Shown here piece after piece: positions 43,589-47,185 of a stretch of 47,185 nt of DNA. This DNA comes from Minisyncoccota bacterium (GTDB taxonomy: Bacteria; Patescibacteriota; Minisyncoccia; Phycocordibacterales; SW-6-46-9), in the NCBI GenBank assembly GCA_040904025.1, contig JBBDUG010000008.1:1-47185 (forward strand), in the 5' to 3' direction. Each line of letters begins with the position of its first letter. Position 1 is the stretch's first letter. A program made the translations under genes and the position numbers. The notes beneath the pieces are model-generated. The model saw only the letters and a program-made list of their open reading frames with translations. It was not told where the DNA came from and did no database searches.

Positions 43589-44791
43589 TTACTTCAGAAG
43601 ATTCATCGTCAGTACCCGGGTTCCGAGCTCCGATTCGAATCGAATAAGGTAGACACCGCTTGAACTCTCAGGTGACATTTCGATCGTCACCTGATGAGAA
43701 CCAACGGACCGCACCTCATCAAATATCTGCATGACTTGCTGGCCAAGCATGTTGTATACAGCCAGCCGCACATGTGTTGTCTTCGGAAGTGCGAACTCGA
43801 TAGTTGTTGTTGGATTAAAGGGGTTGGGATAGTTCTGCTTGAGAACCATCTTTGATGGCATCTCCTCATCCAACTCGATATCAGTAGCGACCCCCACAAC
43901 CACCACGGTGAGCACTCCATGATTCGAAGTCTTCTCTCCATCGGATACCACCCATGTGTGTGCGAGGCTCCCCTCGAACCCAGATGGAGGAGTATAGCAG
44001 AGAATACCGTCAAACACACTCTCTCCACTATCTGTTGTCCCCGGAGAATATATGGGAATTGGATTCCCATTCACCTTCGTCACCGAACCTTGTGTAGGCT
44101 TGGTGATAAGGAGAAAGTCTTCGAGCTGTGCCAGTGGTACCGTCTGTGCGGTCACATACTGTGACTGCTTTAGGTCAACACAAATACGTTGACCGCTTTG
44201 CGTCTGGACGGTTCCATCATGAGCAATTGGAGGTAAAGTGCTTGAAACTGGCCCCACTGTGAATACTTGTATCTTTGTTCGATACGCTTCGGTTCCAACA
44301 AAAGAACCGTTTTCTCCACGTACCTGAAACCGATACTCACCGGTCTCTGCGACCACATGAGTGCGAACAACATGGTTCACACTCACCGTCTCCTCCATCA
44401 ACTTATCATCGGGATCGCCCGACATGTGGAGAAAGAACTCAAAGGTGGTGCTGTCGGGGTCACCATTCTGCCCCGTCATCGTGAAGGTAACGGTCTCGTT
44501 CTTCTCGATCGCATCTCCCGGCCATCCTGTCTTAAGGAGAAAGTCAAACCGTGCCGATGTCTTTCCAAGACTACCGTCCGGATTCACTTCGTAATCAGTG
44601 ATGGTTATCTGTCGGACCTCGAAGGTCCAACCGTCCATCTTTACTGCCACGACGAGTTCTTCGTCGTAGACAGTCTCGATCTCCTGTTTAGAGACCTCCT
44701 GTGCCATTGATTCTCTCCCGAGCACTCCTATCAAAAAAAGCGCTACGAAGGAGATAGCGGTGTACCTGGTTACCATCCTCATTGGTTTCAC
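43589..44791 (-). CDS. Secreted protein with Ig-like domain and T9SS type-A-like C-terminal sorting domain
   Basis: Signal peptide; YTPPSGFEG...VSDG; LKQNYPNPFNPTTTIEFALP...LAVYNMLGQQV...SSGVYLIRF...MNLLK. Confidence 0.85.
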   Translation of the reverse strand: MKPMRMVTRYTAISFVALFLIGVLGRESMAQEVSKQEIETVYDEELVVAVKMDGWTFEVRQITITDYEVNPDGSLGKTSARFDFLLKTGWPGDAIEKNETVTFTMTGQNGDPDSTTFEFFLHMSGDPDDKLMEETVSVNHVVRTHVVAETGEYRFQVRGENGSFVGTEAYRTKIQVFTVGPVSSTLPPIAHDGTVQTQSGQRICVDLKQSQYVTAQTVPLAQLEDFLLITKPTQGSVTKVNGNPIPIYSPGTTDSGESVFDGILCYTPPSGFEGSLAHTWVVSDGEKTSNHGVLTVVVVGVATDIELDEEMPSKMVLKQNYPNPFNPTTTIEFALPKTTHVRLAVYNMLGQQVMQIFDEVRSVGSHQVTIEMSPESSSGVYLIRFESELGTRVLTMNLLK

Positions 44792-44922
44792 CTCTTCTTC
44801 TTGATTTCAAGTTTCAATTCCACGTATTGTGTATCTAACTAAACACTGCCATATAAGAAAAGAGACGTCAATAACCTCTTTGGTCTACATATATAAACGA
44901 GAAAGTTTACACTCTCTTTCAA

Positions 44923-46377
44923 TTACTCTCCTTTAGGCTTCATGAGTGGGAAGAGTTGTGTCTCCCGAATAGGGAGATCCACTAAATATGAAAATAATCT
45001 CTCTCCAAAGCCAAAGCCAAATGTTGGAGGTATACCATGCTCCATTGCCTCAACATAGTCCCAATCAGGCATCATTGCCTCTGTGTCTCCTGCCTCTAGA
45101 AGCTCCTTCTGCTTATTAAAGCGTTCTCGTTGGTCTTCTGGGTCATTGAGTTCTCCATGTGCACGCCCAATCTCACTCCCCGCCAATATGACCTGGAATG
45201 TGTATGTAAGCTCTGGATTATCCTCCCTCTCCTTTGAGAGTGGTGCAACAAGCTTTGGGTGATTTACAAGCAACGCGGGACCACTCACTTCCTTCCGACA
45301 ATACTTCCAGAGCGTATCAGTCATACGCTCCCTATTCTCTCCTTCATATTCAACACCTAATTCTTCAAGCCTCTGTGCAAGTTCTTCCTCAGTGGCGGTG
45401 AGGACATTAACCCCAGTCTTCTCTTCGACGGTTGAGACATAGTCAAGCTCTTCCCACTCGTCGGAAAGATCAAAGCTGTGTCCGTGTGTCTCAAATGTCG
45501 TTGTACCAAACACCTTCTCTGCAAGTCTGCGATAGAGGTCGATAACAAGATCTTTACCATCCTCGAAGTTGAGATATGCGGCATAGAACTCACAATTTGT
45601 GAATTCCTGGAGATGTTCTGGACTCGTCCCTTCATTTCTGTATACCCGCCCTATCTCAAAGGTACGCGGGAATCCAGCGGCCATGAGCCGCTTCTGCCAA
45701 AGCTCTCCAACAGATATACGAAGAAAGACATCCAGGTCAAAGTCATTGTGATATGTTTTGAAGGGAGTTGCCTCCGCTCCACCGGTGGTAAGTTCAAGTG
45801 TGGGGGTGTCTACTTCAATAAAGTCTTTCTCTTCTAGATACGTACGTACTTCTTTCCAGAATTGCGCCTTTTTCTCAAAGAGTTCCCGTACATCGGGATT
45901 AGTGAGTATATCGAGATATCGGTGACGCAACCGTGCTTCGGTATCCTGTAGACCATGGTATTTCTCAGGCAATGGCCTGAGAGTCTTTGAGAGCATACGC
46001 CAATCATCCACAAGAATGCTCTTCTCGTCACGTTGGGTTGTAAAGGCAGTTCCGTGTACTTCTATGAAGTCACCGAGATCCACCGCATTATTAAAAAGTT
46101 CATATAGATTCTCATCTATATTCTCTTCCTTAAAGAAAGCCTGAATACGCTCTGTACCATCATATATATCAGCAAAGGCAATGGCACCAAATGTGCGGAG
46201 GCTCATTATACGACCGGAGAGCCAATATTCCTCACCACTCTCTGAATCATATTCAGAGAGAAACGTTTCAACAGAAGCAGTGCGATTACTATCTGCTGGA
46301 TAGGGATCCATCCCCGCCTGTTCAATGAGAGAAAGCTTTTCTTTCCGTTCTTTTCGTATTTCTTCGAGTGAAGACAT
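44923..46377 (-). CDS. lysS: Lysine--tRNA ligase (class II)
   Basis: LRPLPEKYHGL, RHRYLD, GGAEATPF, YRNEG, ELNDP, GIPPT.GFG.G.ERL. Confidence 0.97.
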   Translation of the reverse strand: MSSLEEIRKERKEKLSLIEQAGMDPYPADSNRTASVETFLSEYDSESGEEYWLSGRIMSLRTFGAIAFADIYDGTERIQAFFKEENIDENLYELFNNAVDLGDFIEVHGTAFTTQRDEKSILVDDWRMLSKTLRPLPEKYHGLQDTEARLRHRYLDILTNPDVRELFEKKAQFWKEVRTYLEEKDFIEVDTPTLELTTGGAEATPFKTYHNDFDLDVFLRISVGELWQKRLMAAGFPRTFEIGRVYRNEGTSPEHLQEFTNCEFYAAYLNFEDGKDLVIDLYRRLAEKVFGTTTFETHGHSFDLSDEWEELDYVSTVEEKTGVNVLTATEEELAQRLEELGVEYEGENRERMTDTLWKYCRKEVSGPALLVNHPKLVAPLSKEREDNPELTYTFQVILAGSEIGRAHGELNDPEDQRERFNKQKELLEAGDTEAMMPDWDYVEAMEHGIPPTFGFGFGERLFSYLVDLPIRETQLFPLMKPKGE

Positions 46378-46435
46378 CTGTTTTAGTATAACGAAAAAAA
46401 TCCCTTCCGTACACGAGGGAAGAGATTTCTACTTC

Positions 46436-46900
46436 TTACTCCACCTTATCAATTGTATAGGTCACCTCACCTCCGGGAGTTGAAAGCGTCACCTTATCCC
46501 CTTTTTTGTTTCCCAAAAGGGCTGATCCTAGTGGAGATGTATATGAGATCTTTCCTGCTGCCATATCAGACTCTTCTGAGCCAGCAATGGTGTATTTAAT
46601 CTTTTTCTTGCTGCGATTACGTCGCACTGTTACCTCGGAACCGATCTCGATAGTATCTGTCTTCTTATGAGAAACAATCGTTGCATACTTGAGCTTTGTC
46701 TCAAGTTCACGAATACGTGCTTCAGTCTCAGCCTGATTTTGTCGTGCTTCATGATATTCAGCATTCTCAGAGAGATCTCCGAGTGATTTTGCATATTCTA
46801 AATTCTCCGCAATCTCTTTGCGGCGTGTATTCCTGAGATATTCAAGCTCCTCGCTCAACTCCTTGTGTTTTTCTTTTGTTAAATAGTATTCTTGGTCCAT
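46436..46900 (-). CDS. greA: Transcription elongation factor GreA
   Basis: GDLSENAEY and ISYTSPLG motifs. Confidence 0.97.
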   Translation of the reverse strand: MDQEYYLTKEKHKELSEELEYLRNTRRKEIAENLEYAKSLGDLSENAEYHEARQNQAETEARIRELETKLKYATIVSHKKTDTIEIGSEVTVRRNRSKKKIKYTIAGSEESDMAAGKISYTSPLGSALLGNKKGDKVTLSTPGGEVTYTIDKVE

Positions 46901-46946
46901 ATCCTATATATAGTGAGGGTGCATTATACAGAAAATGCTGTTTTTT

Positions 46947-47185
46947 TCAATTTTCTTCCTGATTTCTCCCCGAAAGCCCCAAATACTCGGGTGTATTAAC
47001 ACGCATCCAATCAAACACCTGCCGCATCACAGCGGTTGCCCCCACCAAATTACTCCTATCCCCCCGCTCCATAACAACAGTGAAGACATATTGGGGATCG
47101 TCATATGGAAAATATCCGGTAACCCATGAGTGTACTTTCTCTCGCTCATTCCCCACCTCTGCTGTTCCAGTCTTTGCCGCAATAT
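46947..47185 (-). CDS. Class B penicillin-binding protein (MrdA/PBP2-like), C-terminal fragment cut by the window edge
   Basis: IAAKTGTAEVG...HSWVTGYFPYDDPQY. Confidence 0.85.
   Translation of the reverse strand, partial: IAAKTGTAEVGNEREKVHSWVTGYFPYDDPQYVFTVVMERGDRSNLVGATAVMRQVFDWMRVNTPEYLGLSGRNQEEN

Noticed and set aside
1-47185. CRISPR array or cas genes
   Set aside because: No regularly spaced short repeats with unique spacers were seen; the repeats found are TR/VR pairs, att arms and intragenic domains.

Overview
Chromosomal window that most resembles a Patescibacteria/CPR (Parcubacteria-like) genome; this is inferred from gene content, not from a search. Housekeeping flanks (thrS on the left; Fur/Zur-ZIP-YibE/F, PBP-ftsL-like-rsmH-mraZ, lysS, greA on the right) surround a ~30 kb composite island at tRNA-Glu(CTC), about 4133-34063. 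The island holds three complete diversity-generating retroelements (DGRs), each with its own RT, Avd, template repeat (TR) and variable repeat (VR). By hand alignment, 41 of 42 TR/VR mismatches fall at TR adenines. The left 11.1 kb sub-element (4133-15252) carries a large serine recombinase and two DGRs, is bounded by attL/attR sharing a TCAC core, and contains a full 300 bp inverted copy of its own attP. Inversion between these repeats would swap the recombinase C-terminus or flip the DGR cassette. The right part encodes a YeeABC/MmeI-like restriction module, a second serine recombinase, the third DGR, a C4-like structured RNA motif, a ParB-methyltransferase/terminase-small-like pair and a LexA-led CBASS (HNH-SAVED, CD-NTase, E2-like). 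Protein calls rest on motif recognition by eye; no database searches or folding programs were run.
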